Shown: positions 26,131 through 37,235, counted from the stretch's first letter. The stretch is 45,488 nt of DNA from Geminicoccaceae bacterium (GCA_036759485.1 DAIOUO010000001.1:1-45488); one strand, 5' to 3'. Made by a program: numbers and translations. The notes: generated from the letters alone by a model not told the origin.

Positions 26131-27206
26131 ATGCGGGTCGCGGTGGCGCCGCTCAGACGGCTCGTGAGCGCGTGTTTCGTTCGGGCCGGCTGTCCGGCCG
26201 ACGAGGCCGAACGGATCGCGCTCTACCTCAGCAAGGCGAACCTCACCGGCCACGACAGCCACGGGGTCATCCGAGTGCCCCGCTACCTCGAGTGGCTGCA
26301 GCAAGGCCGTGTCCGTGCCGGTCAACATGCCGAGCTGGTCCTGGACGGCCCCTCCATCGCCGTCGTCGAGGGTCGGCACGGGTTCGGTCAGACCATCGGC
26401 CCGGAAGCCTGCCGGATCGGGATCGAGAAGGCGAAAGCGAGCGGCCTCGCTCTCGTCGCCATCCGCCGCTCGGGGCATCTCGGCCGGATCGGCGATTTCG
26501 CGGAGATGGCGATCGAGGAAGGGATCGTCTCGCTCCACTTCGTGAACGCCTACAATTCGCTCCTGGTCGCGCCCTTCGGGTCGCGGGCCCGGCGCTTTTC
26601 CACCAACCCGATCTGCATCGGCGTGCCGACGGGCCGTTCGTTCTCGACTTCGCGACCTCGCTGGTCGCCGAAGGCAAATGTCTCGTGGCCCATCAAGGCG
26701 GCAAGCCGATCCCGCCCGACTCCCTGGTCGGCCCGGACGGCCGACTGACCGGAGACACGAGTGTCCTGTACGGCCCCTCCGAAGGGGGCGGCTACCCTGA
26801 TCCCAGGAAGGGGCCCGGGGCGATGCGGGCGTTCGGCGAGCACAAGGGCTCCGGCTTGGCCCTCGCCTGCGAGCTCTTGGCGGGTGCGCTCGGCGGCTCG
26901 GGGATCAACGCCGATCCGGACGGCCCGTTCCACAACGGCATGCTTTCCTTCTACGTCGATCCGAAGGCCCTCGGTCACGGCGACGGCTTCCTCCAAGAGG
27001 TCCGGCGGTTCCTCGAGTGGATCCGTGCCGCGGCTCCGATCGACCCGGAGGCGGGCGTGCTCGTCCCCGGTGACAAGGAACGGATGACCGCCGCCGAACG
27101 GATGGCAAACGGCATCCCGCTGCCGGCCGAGACCTGGGGCGCCATCCTGGCTGCGGCGCATCGGGTCGGCCTCGAACAGGCCGAGATCGACCGCCTGCTC
27201 GCCTGA
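26131..27206 (+). pseudogene. Malate/L-lactate dehydrogenase family (Ldh_2) gene with an apparent 1-nt frameshift
   Basis: ORF 26131..26748 is family-like up to ..RRFSTNPICIGVPTG and then becomes Arg/Ser-rich. The overlapping frame (listed ORF 26172..27206) becomes family-like from ..GPFVLDFATSLVAEGKCLVAHQGGKPIP.. onward. One extra G in the ggg run at 26631-26633 restores ..GVPTGPFVLDFATS.. and gives about 358 aa. This could be a real lesion or a sequencing error. Confidence 0.75.
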
Positions 27207-27240
27207 GCCGCCGGCCGCGCACCGCCCCGGGAGAACCTCC

Positions 27241-27942
27241 ATGACCCTGACCGCCGAGCTTCTCGCCAAACTCGCCGAGGCCGACACCCCGACCGTGTGC
27301 AACGCGCTCGAGCTCGTCGTACCGCAACGCCGCGCGGTCGGCTTCACCACTCGCCCGTTCGTGGTCGCCTTCCCCGAGCTGAAGCCGATCGTCGGGGTCG
27401 CCCGGACCGCGACCATCCGGGCCCGCGAGCCCTCCTCCCGCAAACCGGCCGAGGCCAAGGCGTTGCGTCTCGACTATTACCGCTACGTGGCCGCCGGGAC
27501 CGGTTTGCCGACCATCGTCGTGATCCAGGATCTCGATCCCGAGCCGGGGTTCGGCGCCTTCTGGGGCGAGGTCAACAGCGCGGTCCACAAGGGGCTGGGT
27601 TGCCTCGGCTGCGTCACCAACGGCTCGATCCGCGACCTCGACCTGCTCGCCCCGGGCTTCCAGCTCCTCGCAGGCTCGGTCGGCCCGAGCCACGCCTGGG
27701 TGCACGTCGAGGCGTTCGGCTGCGACGTCAATGTCCACGGCATGACGGTCCGGCACGGCGACCTCGTGCATGCCGACCGCCACGGCGCGGTCGTGATCCC
27801 GGCCGAGGCGGCAGCCCGGCTCCCGGAGGCGATCGATCTCTGCGCTCGTCGAGAAGCGCCGATCCTCGCCGCGGCCCGCGCTCCCGGCTTCAGCGTCGAG
27901 AAGCTCGTGACCGCCTGGGCTGCGGCCGAAGACATCCATTGA
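27241..27942 (+). CDS. RraA-family protein (RraA / HMG aldolase-like fold)
   Basis: 233 aa. The sequence reads TPTVCNALE...GAFWGEVNSAVHKGLGCLGCVTNGSIRD...GDLVHADRHGAVVIP. Confidence 0.85.
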   Translation: MTLTAELLAKLAEADTPTVCNALELVVPQRRAVGFTTRPFVVAFPELKPIVGVARTATIRAREPSSRKPAEAKALRLDYYRYVAAGTGLPTIVVIQDLDPEPGFGAFWGEVNSAVHKGLGCLGCVTNGSIRDLDLLAPGFQLLAGSVGPSHAWVHVEAFGCDVNVHGMTVRHGDLVHADRHGAVVIPAEAAARLPEAIDLCARREAPILAAARAPGFSVEKLVTAWAAAEDIH

Positions 27943-27970
27943 GCCGTCGGAAGGCGCGGGCGCTCGGTCG

Positions 27971-28171
27971 ATGGCGCGTTTCCTGATCGGCCTGGGGTTC
28001 GTTCTGATCCTTCTGGGGCTTCTGTGGCCCTGGCTCGGCAAGCTCGGGCTCGGGCGCTTGCCCGGCGACATCGTCGTCGAGCGCGAGGGGTTCACGCTCT
28101 ATCTGCCGATCACCACCTCCTTGCTCGCGAGCCTGCTTTTGAGCCTGCTGCTCTGGCTGCTGCAGCGTTGA
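27971..28171 (+). CDS. DUF2905-like small membrane protein
   Basis: 66 aa. The sequence MARFLIGLGFVLILLGLLWPWLGKLGLGRLPGDIVVEREGFTLYLPITTSLL.. is typical of the family. Confidence 0.75.
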   Translation: MARFLIGLGFVLILLGLLWPWLGKLGLGRLPGDIVVEREGFTLYLPITTSLLASLLLSLLLWLLQR

Positions 28172-28197
28172 GCGGCGCGGTCGGGACCGGCGCGGGA

Positions 28198-28731
28198 TCA
28201 GAACGGGATATCGTCGTCGAGCTCCTCGGCGAGCGACGGCTTGCCCCGCGCGGGCCCGGCGGCCCCGGGGCCGCCGCCCGTGACCGCGGTGCGCGGGGGG
28301 ACCTGACGCGGCGGCGGGCGATCCTCGGGCTCGAGCATCGGCTCCTCGTCGGCCGGACCGATCTCGGCGGGACCTTCGCCACGGCCGCCCAACAGTACGA
28401 GTTCGCCCCGGAAGCGCTGGAGAACGATCTCGGTCGTGTAACGTTCCTGGCCCGTCTGGTCCTGCCATTTGCGGGTCTGCAGGCTACCCTCGATGTACAC
28501 CGTGCGCCCCTTCGAGAGGTACCGCTCGGCGACCTCGGCCAGGTTCTCGTTGAAGATGACCACCCGGTGCCACTCGGTCCGCTCCTTGGTCTCGCCCGAA
28601 ACGCGGTCCTTCCAACGCTCCGAAGTGGCGATCGAGAGATGCACGATCTTCTGGTTGTTCTGGGTGTAGCGAACCTCGGGGTCACGGCCGAGATTGCCTA
28701 CGAGGATCACCTTGTTGACGCTCCCGGCCAT
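28198..28731 (-). CDS. ssb: Single-stranded DNA-binding protein
   Basis: The sequence reads [23 protein letters not shown]...TEWHRVVIF...[14 protein letters not shown]..., with a Gly/Pro-rich linker and an acidic tail ending DDDIPF. Confidence 0.95.
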   Translation of the reverse strand: MAGSVNKVILVGNLGRDPEVRYTQNNQKIVHLSIATSERWKDRVSGETKERTEWHRVVIFNENLAEVAERYLSKGRTVYIEGSLQTRKWQDQTGQERYTTEIVLQRFRGELVLLGGRGEGPAEIGPADEEPMLEPEDRPPPRQVPPRTAVTGGGPGAAGPARGKPSLAEELDDDIPF

Positions 28732-28820
28732 CGTTCCCTGCCCTCCGAGCGCGATCCGGCGCCGCCAAATTAAAGCCGATCGTCGCTTCCTTCGCCAGCG
28801 CGGCCGCGACGCATTTCGGA

Positions 28821-30560
28821 TCAGAGCGGAGGAACCCCCGGGGAGTCTGCCGCGGCCGGAGGCTCACCCCAGGTCAGGCTCGCGGGATCCGGCCCATCGA
28901 GGCACCCCAAGAGCGTCCAGCGTGGCCCGGGCGGGTCGAAGCCGGTGCCATCCCAATGTTTCATCCGAAGGCAGCGGTCGCTGCCGATCACCGCCACGTC
29001 GATACCGCCCGCTGCGGGCACGACGATCGGCGGCCCGACCTCACCGCCGAGCTCGTGCCAGCGTGCGTCGCCGTCACCCGGACAACCGGGACGCCAGCGT
29101 CGCCAAACGAGCCCGCCGCCCGAGCGACCGGCGACCACGAGACCGTCGTCCGATGCCGTGATGCCGCCTGCCACCGGCCCTTCGACCCCGCCGCCGAGAT
29201 CGGTCCAGTCGGAGTGGGTCGGCATCCCACCCGTCGGCGCCAGCTGCAGGTGGCGAACGTGGCCGTCCACGCCGAGAGCCAGAACGTGGAGCACCTCCTC
29301 GCTGCCCTCCGCGAGCGCGGTATCGGCAGCCACGAACCCGCTCCCCAACTCGAGCCAGGACGGGGGCCGGCCGAGCTCCGGACGGTCCCCGACCACGGCG
29401 TGCACGACGCTGCCGCCCTCGTCGACGCCGAGCAGGTGCACCCCATCCGTCATGGCCCGGGCCGTCAGCCCGCCCCGCAGCCGCCGATTCAGCGGAACCC
29501 AGCTCGACCACCGGCGCTCGCCGCGCCTTCCCGTGGAGAGAAGCTGATACAACGCGCCTTCCGGCCCGAGGCAGAAGGTGACGCTGCGCCCATGCCAGGC
29601 AACGGTGGCCGGCGCACCGGGTCCAACTGCGCGCGCCATCGCCGCGTCGCGTCCGCTACGGGCCCCACCCGGTGTGCTGCCGGTCGAGAACATCACCGGC
29701 GGCGCAGCGAGCGTGATGTCGCCCGAGAGCAGGATCGTCGCCTTGTAGTGGACAGCCCACCGGCCAGAATCGAGAATTTGTCGATCGGAGAACGGGCCCA
29801 CCGCTTCGGGAAGCTGCACGCGTTGGTAGGCGTTCGCGAAGGCGAAGTCGCAGGTCTCGCCGTGCGAGGGTCCGAGCGGATCCTGATCCGGGACCCCTCG
29901 TCCCATCAGCGGCAGAGGTCCCCAGCACACGATGCTGGCGTCGTCGTCGTAGCCCTGGACGAGTAGTGCGATCTCGCTGGGTGCGCGGGCTATGTCAATA
30001 CGGCCACCACGGAGAGAGACGATCTTGCCGTCGCAAATCGTTTCCTCGCCGCTCGCCGGGTACCGCAAGGACCCGCCGATCCTCGGCCCCGCGCTCTCGT
30101 AGACTGCGAACTCGAACCACATATCGCCGCACGAGGCGGGATCACCGTCGAGGAAGACAGCGACGTCGTGTGGCACGATCGTCAGCGACCGTCGTGCCGT
30201 CACGAACCGGCCCACTCGAACGGCGGGCGGGCGGCCCGGGACGACGTCGGCCGCCGTGATCTGTAGCCAATATCGGGTGTTCTGCTGAAGATTGTGGACG
30301 CGCAGGCGATGCTTGGATCTTGGATAAAAGCTGAAGGCAACGCCACGGCGATTGGCAGGCACCATGTCCTGCGTGGCGCGCCCAGTCGGCGCGGCAAACA
30401 CTTCTACTAAGGGCTGTACGCCATGCGCGAGCGTAAAATCGACGTCGACTGCTTCAGGTGTCGGCTGGATCCTAACGTCGAAAATATCCTGAACCACTCG
30501 CAAGGCCCGGATCGGTCCTCGGATTTGGTCGTACTTTTCGAGCCCCGCCGCCGTAGCCAT
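28821..30560 (-). CDS. Orphan 579-aa protein: an unknown N-terminal half (one Fn3-like stretch) and C-terminal propeller-like W-x-x-LGG repeats
   Basis: This is a long ORF whose C-terminal half has repeats of roughly 40-45 aa: [16 protein letters not shown].., [10 protein letters not shown].., [12 protein letters not shown].., [11 protein letters not shown].., PRWTLLG... No signal peptide is visible. The 5' third has noticeably lower G+C than the rest of the window. Confidence 0.7.
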   Translation of the reverse strand: MATAAGLEKYDQIRGPIRALRVVQDIFDVRIQPTPEAVDVDFTLAHGVQPLVEVFAAPTGRATQDMVPANRRGVAFSFYPRSKHRLRVHNLQQNTRYWLQITAADVVPGRPPAVRVGRFVTARRSLTIVPHDVAVFLDGDPASCGDMWFEFAVYESAGPRIGGSLRYPASGEETICDGKIVSLRGGRIDIARAPSEIALLVQGYDDDASIVCWGPLPLMGRGVPDQDPLGPSHGETCDFAFANAYQRVQLPEAVGPFSDRQILDSGRWAVHYKATILLSGDITLAAPPVMFSTGSTPGGARSGRDAAMARAVGPGAPATVAWHGRSVTFCLGPEGALYQLLSTGRRGERRWSSWVPLNRRLRGGLTARAMTDGVHLLGVDEGGSVVHAVVGDRPELGRPPSWLELGSGFVAADTALAEGSEEVLHVLALGVDGHVRHLQLAPTGGMPTHSDWTDLGGGVEGPVAGGITASDDGLVVAGRSGGGLVWRRWRPGCPGDGDARWHELGGEVGPPIVVPAAGGIDVAVIGSDRCLRMKHWDGTGFDPPGPRWTLLGCLDGPDPASLTWGEPPAAADSPGVPPL

Positions 30561-30958
30561 TCATGCCTCCCTGAGCTACAAACGGTTGCCGAATCAACGA
30601 GGGTTCCATTATTAAAACTGAACTGGGTCCTGTCAAGGTGGTGATTCCGATGAAAGGGTGGATTGGCCCACCTGTTCGATCGAGGCCGACCCTTCGATAC
30701 TCGCTGCTCTCCGAAGACGACCCCATGCCCGCGTCGCGCAGCGACCCGACCAGCGTCTGTCGGTGGACAAGACGAGAATCCGACTTCGGCGAGCAACGTC
30801 GGACGCCCGCTGGCCAAGTCTTCCCGTTGTCCTAGCTGTGACGCTGACGCTCCCTGTTGCTTCCGGATGGGAAGAGATCCTCCAAAGGTGCCGAGCTGCC
30901 GTCGAAGAGCGTGCTCTTTCTTGCCGGGCGTAGCGAGCCCAGCCAACATAGCGAGGTC

Positions 30959-31906
30959 ATGGCTGGACGTCTTGCCCTCCTTCTGACCGTTCTCGCGTTG
31001 GCAGGCTGCGCCCGGGCCCAGCTCCTCGATGCCATCACGCCCGAGCAGGGCTACCGCCTCGAGGCCGCCGTCGGCTACGGGTCCGGCCCTCGGCAGCGGC
31101 TCGATTTGTACCTTCCGGAGCGGCCGCGCGGCGACGGCGCTATCGTCGTGTTCTTCTACGGTGGCAGCTGGCGGTCGGGAGAACGGCGCCTCTACCGTTT
31201 CGTGGGCCAGGGGCTCGCCGCCCGGGGTTATACAGTGGCGATCCCCGATTATCGGCTGTTTCCGGAAGCGCGCTGGCGAGAGATCCTGGAAGACGGCGCG
31301 GCAGCGGTGATGCGCACTCGGGCCGTGGTCGATCCGCACCGGCGACGGCCGCTCGTGCTGGCCGGCCACTCGGCCGGTGCCTGGATCGCGGCCATGCTCG
31401 CCCTCGAGCCGTGCCGCCTCCCCGACCGGCCGGATGCGCTCCTGGGGCTCGCCGGCCCCTACGACTTCCTGCCGCTGCGCGATCCCGTGCTGGTCGAGGT
31501 CTTCGGCCCGGGCGAGCCGACGCCCGAAAGCCAGCCCGTCGCCTATGTCGACGGTCCGGAGCCCCCCGCCTTGCTCGTCCACGGCAGCCGCGACCTCACG
31601 GTCCTGCCCGGCAACAGCCGCCGGCTCGCGGCGATGCTGCGGGCGGTCGGCACCCGGGTCGAGCTCGTCGAGCTCGAGGGCGAACACGTCCTGCCGTTGC
31701 TCGGGCTCTCCAGTCGCTTCGGTCATCTGGCTCCGGTGGTGGATCGCCTGGACGCCCTCCTCGCGGAGCCCCGCCCGGGTGGCCCGGGGGCCGGCTCGGC
31801 GGTCTGCCAGAGGGATCCGTCCGGTACCCGGTTCCGGTCGTTCGACCCGCGATGGGCGCGTGTTTCGGACGACGCGAGCGGCAACGGCGATACCAGGAGA
31901 CGCTGA
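30959..31906 (+). CDS. Alpha/beta hydrolase (esterase/lipase-like), probable lipoprotein
   Basis: The internal ATG at 30959 gives MAGRLALLLTVLALAGC, a lipobox-like signal. The sequence continues VVFFYGGSW.., with the nucleophile elbow GHSAGA and ..LLVHGSRD.. The listed ORF start at 30857 is rejected. Confidence 0.8.
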   Translation: MAGRLALLLTVLALAGCARAQLLDAITPEQGYRLEAAVGYGSGPRQRLDLYLPERPRGDGAIVVFFYGGSWRSGERRLYRFVGQGLAARGYTVAIPDYRLFPEARWREILEDGAAAVMRTRAVVDPHRRRPLVLAGHSAGAWIAAMLALEPCRLPDRPDALLGLAGPYDFLPLRDPVLVEVFGPGEPTPESQPVAYVDGPEPPALLVHGSRDLTVLPGNSRRLAAMLRAVGTRVELVELEGEHVLPLLGLSSRFGHLAPVVDRLDALLAEPRPGGPGAGSAVCQRDPSGTRFRSFDPRWARVSDDASGNGDTRRR

Positions 31907-32352
31907 TGGGATCACGGCTCGATTACTGGGAGGTGGTGCCCGAGCTGTTCGGCGAACTCATGACGATCACGCGGCGTCTCAAAGCCGGAAGACTCGCGGG
32001 CACCTTGATCGAGCTCGTGTTCCTGCGCTGCTCGCAGATCAACGGTTGCGCGCATTGCATCGACAATCACGCCCGGGCGCTGCGGGCGCTCGGCGAGAGC
32101 GAGCAGCGGCTCGACTGTCTGGTCGCCTGGCGCGATGCTCCTTTCTTCGACGCGCGCGAGCGGGCGGCTCTCGCCTTCGCCGAGGCGATGACGCGGATCG
32201 GGGAGGCGGGTGTTCCGGAGCCCGTGTGGCAGGAGGCCCGGGCGCGGTTCGACGACCAGGAGCTCGCCGAACTCGCCTTCGCGGTCGTGGTCATCAACGC
32301 CTGGAACCGGCTCTCGATCGGCTTCGCCCAAGCGCCGAAGCCCCGAGGATGA
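31906..32352 (+). CDS. Carboxymuconolactone decarboxylase-family (AhpD-like) protein
   Basis: ATG at 31906 follows AGGAGA and overlaps the upstream TGA by 1 nt. The sequence reads [26 protein letters not shown]...[10 protein letters not shown]...[10 protein letters not shown], with the CxxC-type motif of the family. Confidence 0.85.
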   Translation: MGSRLDYWEVVPELFGELMTITRRLKAGRLAGTLIELVFLRCSQINGCAHCIDNHARALRALGESEQRLDCLVAWRDAPFFDARERAALAFAEAMTRIGEAGVPEPVWQEARARFDDQELAELAFAVVVINAWNRLSIGFAQAPKPRG

Positions 32353-32454
32353 GGGGGCCCGGACCGTGCAGGCCCTCTTGCCGGGGCGATCCGAGCGGCG
32401 CATGAACCCGTATCCCGTGCGGGCGCCGGCGGCGCCGCGCTCTCCCGGTGGGCC

Positions 32455-35313
32455 ATGGACGAGTTCATCCGCATCCGTGGTGCCCGCGAGCACAATCTCA
32501 AGGGCATCGACGTCGACATTCCGCGCCACAAGCTCGTAGTGATCACGGGCCTTTCCGGCTCGGGCAAGTCCTCGCTCGCCTTCGACACCATCTATGCCGA
32601 GGGCCAGCGCCGCTACGTCGAATCGCTCTCGGCTTACGCTCGCCAGTTCCTCGAGCTCATGCAAAAGCCGGATGTCGACCTGATCACCGGCCTTTCACCC
32701 GCTATCTCGATCGAACAAAAGACCACATCGAAAAACCCTCGGTCGACGGTTGCCACTGTCACAGAAATTTACGACTATATGCGGCTTCTTTGGGCTCGCG
32801 TCGGCGTGCCCTACTCACCGGCCACGGGGCTCCCGATCGAGGCGCAGACCGTCTCGCAGATGGTCGACCGGATCCTGGCGATGCCCGAGGGCACCCGGCT
32901 CTACCTGCTCGCCCCCATCGTGCGCGGCCGCAAGGGCGAGTACCGCAAGGAGCTGCAGGAGCTGCAGCGGCGCGGCTTCGAGCGGGTCAAAGTCGACGGC
33001 GAACTCCTGGAAATCGAGGAGGTACCGGCTCTCGACAAGAAGAAGAAGCACGAGATCGAGGTCGTGGTCGACCGGATCGTCGTCGGTCCCGATCTCGCGC
33101 AGCGGCTCGCCGACAGCCTGGAGACCGCGCTCGAGCTCGCGGATCGGATCGCGATCGTCGAGAACGCCGATACGGGCGAGCGGACCGTGCTGTCGGCCAA
33201 GTTCGCTTGTCCGGTCTCGGGCTTCACCCTGCCCGAGATCGAGCCGCGGCTCTTCAGCTTCAACAATCCTTACGGCGCCTGCCCGGCCTGCGACGGCCTC
33301 GGCAAGCTCCTGCGGGTCGATCCCGAACTCGTCGTCCCAGACCCCGAGAAGTCGATCGCCCAGGGCGCGGTCGAGCCCTGGGCGTCGCAGACCATGATGT
33401 ACTATCCACAAGCTCTGCTCTCGATCTGCCGACATCTGGGCGCCGATCCGACGACGCCCTGGAAGCGGCTGCCGAAGCGGGTGCGGGATGTCGTCTTGTT
33501 CGGATCGGGCGACGAACCGATCCCCCTCGAATTCGAGGACGGCCTTCGGACCATCAAGACCAACAAGCCGTTCGAGGGCGTGGTCAACAATCTCCAGCGG
33601 CGCTGGCGGGAGACCGAATCCGCCTGGATGCGCGAGGAGCTCGAGCGCTACATGGCGCAGAGCCCGTGCGAAGCCTGCAAGGGCTACCGCCTCAAGCCCG
33701 AGGCCCTGTGCGTCAAGATCGACGGCCGGCACATCGGCGAGGTGGCCGAGCTGTCGATCCGCGCGGCGGCCGACTGGTTCGCCGGCCTCCCGGGCAAACT
33801 CACGGCGAAACAGAACGAGATCGCGGTGCGGATCCTCAAGGAAATCCGCGAGCGGCTCGGCTTCCTGGTCGATGTCGGGCTGGACTACCTGACGCTCGCA
33901 CGTGATTCGGGCACGCTCTCGGGCGGCGAGAGCCAGCGGATCCGGCTCGCCTCGCAGATCGGCAGCGGGCTCACGGGTGTACTCTACGTGCTCGACGAGC
34001 CTTCGATCGGGCTGCACCAGCGCGACAACGACCGGCTCCTCGCGACCCTCGAACGCCTCAGGGACCTCGGCAACACGGTGATCGTCGTCGAGCACGACGA
34101 GGATGCGATCCGCCGGGCGGACCACGTGATCGACATGGGACCGGGCGCGGGCGTGCACGGCGGCATGATCGTGGCGCAGGGCACGCCCGAGCAGATCATG
34201 CGCGAGCCGGCCTCGCTCACCGGCCAATATCTCTCGGGTCGGCGCCAAGTGCCGCTGCCGGCGCGCCGCCGCCGGCCGGTGCCCGGCCGGTTCCTCGAAC
34301 TCGAGGGCTGTAGAGCCAACAACCTCAAGGACGTCACTGCCCGCTTCCCGCTCGGCCTCTTCGTCTGCGTGACGGGTGTCTCGGGCTCGGGCAAATCGTC
34401 GCTGGTCGTCGACACGCTCTACCCGGCGCTCGCCAAGCGCCTTCTCGGGGCGCGCGCCGTGCCGGGCGAGCATAGGGCGCTACGCGGCATCGAGTTGGTC
34501 GACAAAGTCGTGGACATCGACCAGTCACCGATCGGCCGGACGCCGCGCTCCAACCCGGCTACCTATACCGGCGCCTTCACCCCGATCCGCGACTGGTTCA
34601 CCGGGCTGCCCGAGGCACGGGCCCGTGGCTACAAGGCCGGCCGGTTCAGCTTCAACGTCAAGGGCGGTCGCTGCGAGGCCTGCCAGGGCGACGGCGTCAT
34701 CAAGATCGAGATGCACTTCTTGCCCGACGTCTTCGTCACCTGCGACGTCTGCAAAGGCAAGCGCTTCAACCGCGAGACGCTCGAGGTGACTTATCGCGGC
34801 AAGTCGATCGCAGACGTTCTCGACATGACGGTCGACACCGCGGTGGAATTCTTCGAGGGCGTGCCGGCCGTTCGCCACAAATGCCTCACCCTGCAGAAGG
34901 TCGGCCTCGGCTACATCCGCCTCGGACAGCAGGCTACGACTTTGAGCGGCGGGGAGGCGCAGCGGGTCAAGCTCGCCAAGGAGCTGTCGCGGCGGGCCAC
35001 GGGGCAGACCGTCTACATCCTCGACGAGCCGACCACGGGGCTGCATTTCGAGGACGTCCGCAAGCTCCTCGAGGTGCTGCACGCCCTCGTCGATCAGGGC
35101 AACACGGTCGTCGTGATCGAGCACAATCTCGAGGTCATCAAGACGGCCGACTGGCTGATCGATCTCGGTCCCGAGGGCGGGGACGGCGGCGGCCGGATCG
35201 TCGCCGAGGGCCCGCCCGAGCTCGTGGCGAGGGTCGAGGCGAGCCACACCGGTCGTTACCTCGCCCAGCACCTCCCCGACCTGCAGCCGGCCCGTCGCCG
35301 CGGGAGGGCATGA
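32455..35313 (+). CDS. uvrA: Excinuclease ABC subunit A
   Basis: 952 aa. The sequence reads [62 protein letters not shown]. Both ABC modules and the zinc-finger Cys clusters are present. Confidence 0.97.
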   Translation: MDEFIRIRGAREHNLKGIDVDIPRHKLVVITGLSGSGKSSLAFDTIYAEGQRRYVESLSAYARQFLELMQKPDVDLITGLSPAISIEQKTTSKNPRSTVATVTEIYDYMRLLWARVGVPYSPATGLPIEAQTVSQMVDRILAMPEGTRLYLLAPIVRGRKGEYRKELQELQRRGFERVKVDGELLEIEEVPALDKKKKHEIEVVVDRIVVGPDLAQRLADSLETALELADRIAIVENADTGERTVLSAKFACPVSGFTLPEIEPRLFSFNNPYGACPACDGLGKLLRVDPELVVPDPEKSIAQGAVEPWASQTMMYYPQALLSICRHLGADPTTPWKRLPKRVRDVVLFGSGDEPIPLEFEDGLRTIKTNKPFEGVVNNLQRRWRETESAWMREELERYMAQSPCEACKGYRLKPEALCVKIDGRHIGEVAELSIRAAADWFAGLPGKLTAKQNEIAVRILKEIRERLGFLVDVGLDYLTLARDSGTLSGGESQRIRLASQIGSGLTGVLYVLDEPSIGLHQRDNDRLLATLERLRDLGNTVIVVEHDEDAIRRADHVIDMGPGAGVHGGMIVAQGTPEQIMREPASLTGQYLSGRRQVPLPARRRRPVPGRFLELEGCRANNLKDVTARFPLGLFVCVTGVSGSGKSSLVVDTLYPALAKRLLGARAVPGEHRALRGIELVDKVVDIDQSPIGRTPRSNPATYTGAFTPIRDWFTGLPEARARGYKAGRFSFNVKGGRCEACQGDGVIKIEMHFLPDVFVTCDVCKGKRFNRETLEVTYRGKSIADVLDMTVDTAVEFFEGVPAVRHKCLTLQKVGLGYIRLGQQATTLSGGEAQRVKLAKELSRRATGQTVYILDEPTTGLHFEDVRKLLEVLHALVDQGNTVVVIEHNLEVIKTADWLIDLGPEGGDGGGRIVAEGPPELVARVEASHTGRYLAQHLPDLQPARRRGRA

Positions 35314-35583
35314 GCCGAGCGAAGGTCGGTGCCGGCTGCGGCGGCCCCGAGGCTCGGCGCGGCGGCGGGCCAGACGATCCGCCGCATCTCCTTCGGGAAG
35401 CAGGAAGGGGCTCGTATCCCGGAGGCTGCCGTGCCGCGGGGACGAGCTCGCCGTTCGGGACCCCGACGCGGCGCGACCGCCGCAGGTGTCTCGATCGGCC
35501 CCGAGCCTCTGGCCGGAGCGGCTCTTTTCATCGGCCGATGCCGGGTGCACGCTCCCGATGCGCGAGAACTTCTACGGGCCGAG

Positions 35584-36279
35584 ATGCCAGAGGAACTTGT
35601 CGGCTGGACCGCGCGGCCGATGCCGCCACGCACGGGGTTGCAGGGCCGCCTCGTGCGGCTCGAACCGCTCGACCCGCAGCGCCACGGGGCGGCCCTGTTC
35701 CGCGCCGCCGAGGGCCCGGGGGCGGATCCGCGCCTGTGGGACTGGATGGCGGTCGGACCGTTCGGAGACGAGCGGGCGTTTCGGATCTGGCTCGACACCC
35801 TACCGGCCTCCGAGGACCCGCTTTACTTCACGGTCGTCACCGAACCGGACGGAACACCACGCGGCATGGCGAGCTTCATGCGGATCACCCCTGCCCACGG
35901 CGTGATCGAGATCGGCAACATCTGGTTCGGGGTCGGCCTGCAGCGGACGCCGGCGGCGACCGAGGCGATCCACCTGCTCGCCCACCGTACCTTCGCTGAG
36001 CTCGGCTATCGGCGACTCGAGTGGAAATGCGATGCTCGCAACGAGCGCTCGCGGCGCGCCGCGCTCAGACTGGGCTTCACCTTCGAAGGGGTCTTCCGCC
36101 AGCACCTGGTGATCAAGGGACGGAACCGCGACACCGCCTGGTTCGCCATGCTCGACCGCGATTGGCCGATCGTCGACGCCGCGTTGCGTGCCTGGCTCGA
36201 TCCCTCCAATCTCGGACCGGACGGGCGCCAACTGCGACGTCTCGAGGAGATCCGCGCCGGCCTCGTGGGCGCCCCGTGA
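35584..36279 (+). CDS. GNAT-family N-acetyltransferase (RimJ/RimL-like)
   Basis: Internal ATG at 35584. The sequence reads LQGRLVRLEPLDPQRHGAAL...GNIWFGVGLQRTPAATEAIHLLAHRTFAELGYRRLEWKCDARNERSRRAALRLGFTFEGVFR. The start is uncertain. Confidence 0.8.
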   Translation: MPEELVGWTARPMPPRTGLQGRLVRLEPLDPQRHGAALFRAAEGPGADPRLWDWMAVGPFGDERAFRIWLDTLPASEDPLYFTVVTEPDGTPRGMASFMRITPAHGVIEIGNIWFGVGLQRTPAATEAIHLLAHRTFAELGYRRLEWKCDARNERSRRAALRLGFTFEGVFRQHLVIKGRNRDTAWFAMLDRDWPIVDAALRAWLDPSNLGPDGRQLRRLEEIRAGLVGAP

Positions 36280-37169
36280 GCCTGGCGGAGGGCGGCCGAG
36301 CCGCCGTCCTCTCGGTTCCCCTCCTGGGCGTCCTCTGGGGTCTCAACTGGCCGGCCGTGCGGCTCTGTCTCGTCGAGATTCCGCCTTGGACCCTGAGGAC
36401 GACCGGCATGGCGGCTGCCGGCCTCTCTCTCCTCGCGACCGCCCTCGCAACCGGGCGACCATTCGCCGTCCCGCGCACCCACTGGCCGCAGCTCGTGGCG
36501 AGCGGCATCCTCCAACTCGCCGCCTTCAACGTGCTGCTGGCGTTCGCCCAGCTCCACGCCGCCACCTCGCGGGCCGCGATCGTGGCCTTCACCATGCCGG
36601 TGTGGACCGCTCTGCTCGCCTGGCCGGTGCTCGGCGAGCGACCGGACCGGCGCCGCCTGATGGGTCTCGCCCTCGGCCTCGGCGGCCTCGCCGCACTCGG
36701 GCTACCCCTGTTGCGGGCCGACGCCCTCACGATCGGCCTCCTCTGGGCGCTCTTGGGTGGAATGAGCTGGGCGGCCGGCACGGTCGTCACCAAGCGCTGG
36801 CCCGTAGATGCCCCCGCACTCACGGTCGCCGCTTGGCAGCTCGTGATCGGCGGCATGGCTGCCGGCGTCGGCATGCTCGCCATGGAAGGGCCGCCTCGTC
36901 TCGGGCCGCTGGCACCGGTCACCTTGGCGGCGCTCGCCTACCACGTGCTCCTCGCCCAGGCGCTGGCCTACCTCCTCTGGTTCGCGATCCTGCCTCGCCT
37001 GCCGGCAGGGGTCGCCACGCTCGGCACACTCCCGGTACCCGCCGTGGGCGTGCTCGGCGCCACCGCCCTTCTCGGCGAACGGCCGACTGCCGGTGATCTC
37101 GTGGGGCTCGTCCTGGTGATCGCGGCGGCCGCGACGATCCTTTCGCCCCGAAGCGCCGCGCGGCGGTGA
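36276..37169 (+). CDS. DMT-superfamily (EamA-like) transporter
   Basis: GTG at 36276 overlaps the upstream TGA (GTGA). The protein has about 10 hydrophobic segments, with duplicated EamA-like halves. Confidence 0.85.
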   Translation: MSLAEGGRAAVLSVPLLGVLWGLNWPAVRLCLVEIPPWTLRTTGMAAAGLSLLATALATGRPFAVPRTHWPQLVASGILQLAAFNVLLAFAQLHAATSRAAIVAFTMPVWTALLAWPVLGERPDRRRLMGLALGLGGLAALGLPLLRADALTIGLLWALLGGMSWAAGTVVTKRWPVDAPALTVAAWQLVIGGMAAGVGMLAMEGPPRLGPLAPVTLAALAYHVLLAQALAYLLWFAILPRLPAGVATLGTLPVPAVGVLGATALLGERPTAGDLVGLVLVIAAAATILSPRSAARR

Positions 37170-37235
37170 TCCGCGACACTGCGTCGCGCGTCATGTGCGC
37201 GCACGATGGCACCTCGTCGACACGGAGAGGGTGTC

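Noticed and set aside
28732-28820. LexA/SOS boxes upstream of ssb (and upstream of uvrA at 32353-32454)
   Set aside because: No GTTC-N7-GTTC or GAAC-N7-GAAC type direct repeat, nor a CTGT-N8-ACAG palindrome, was visible in either upstream region.
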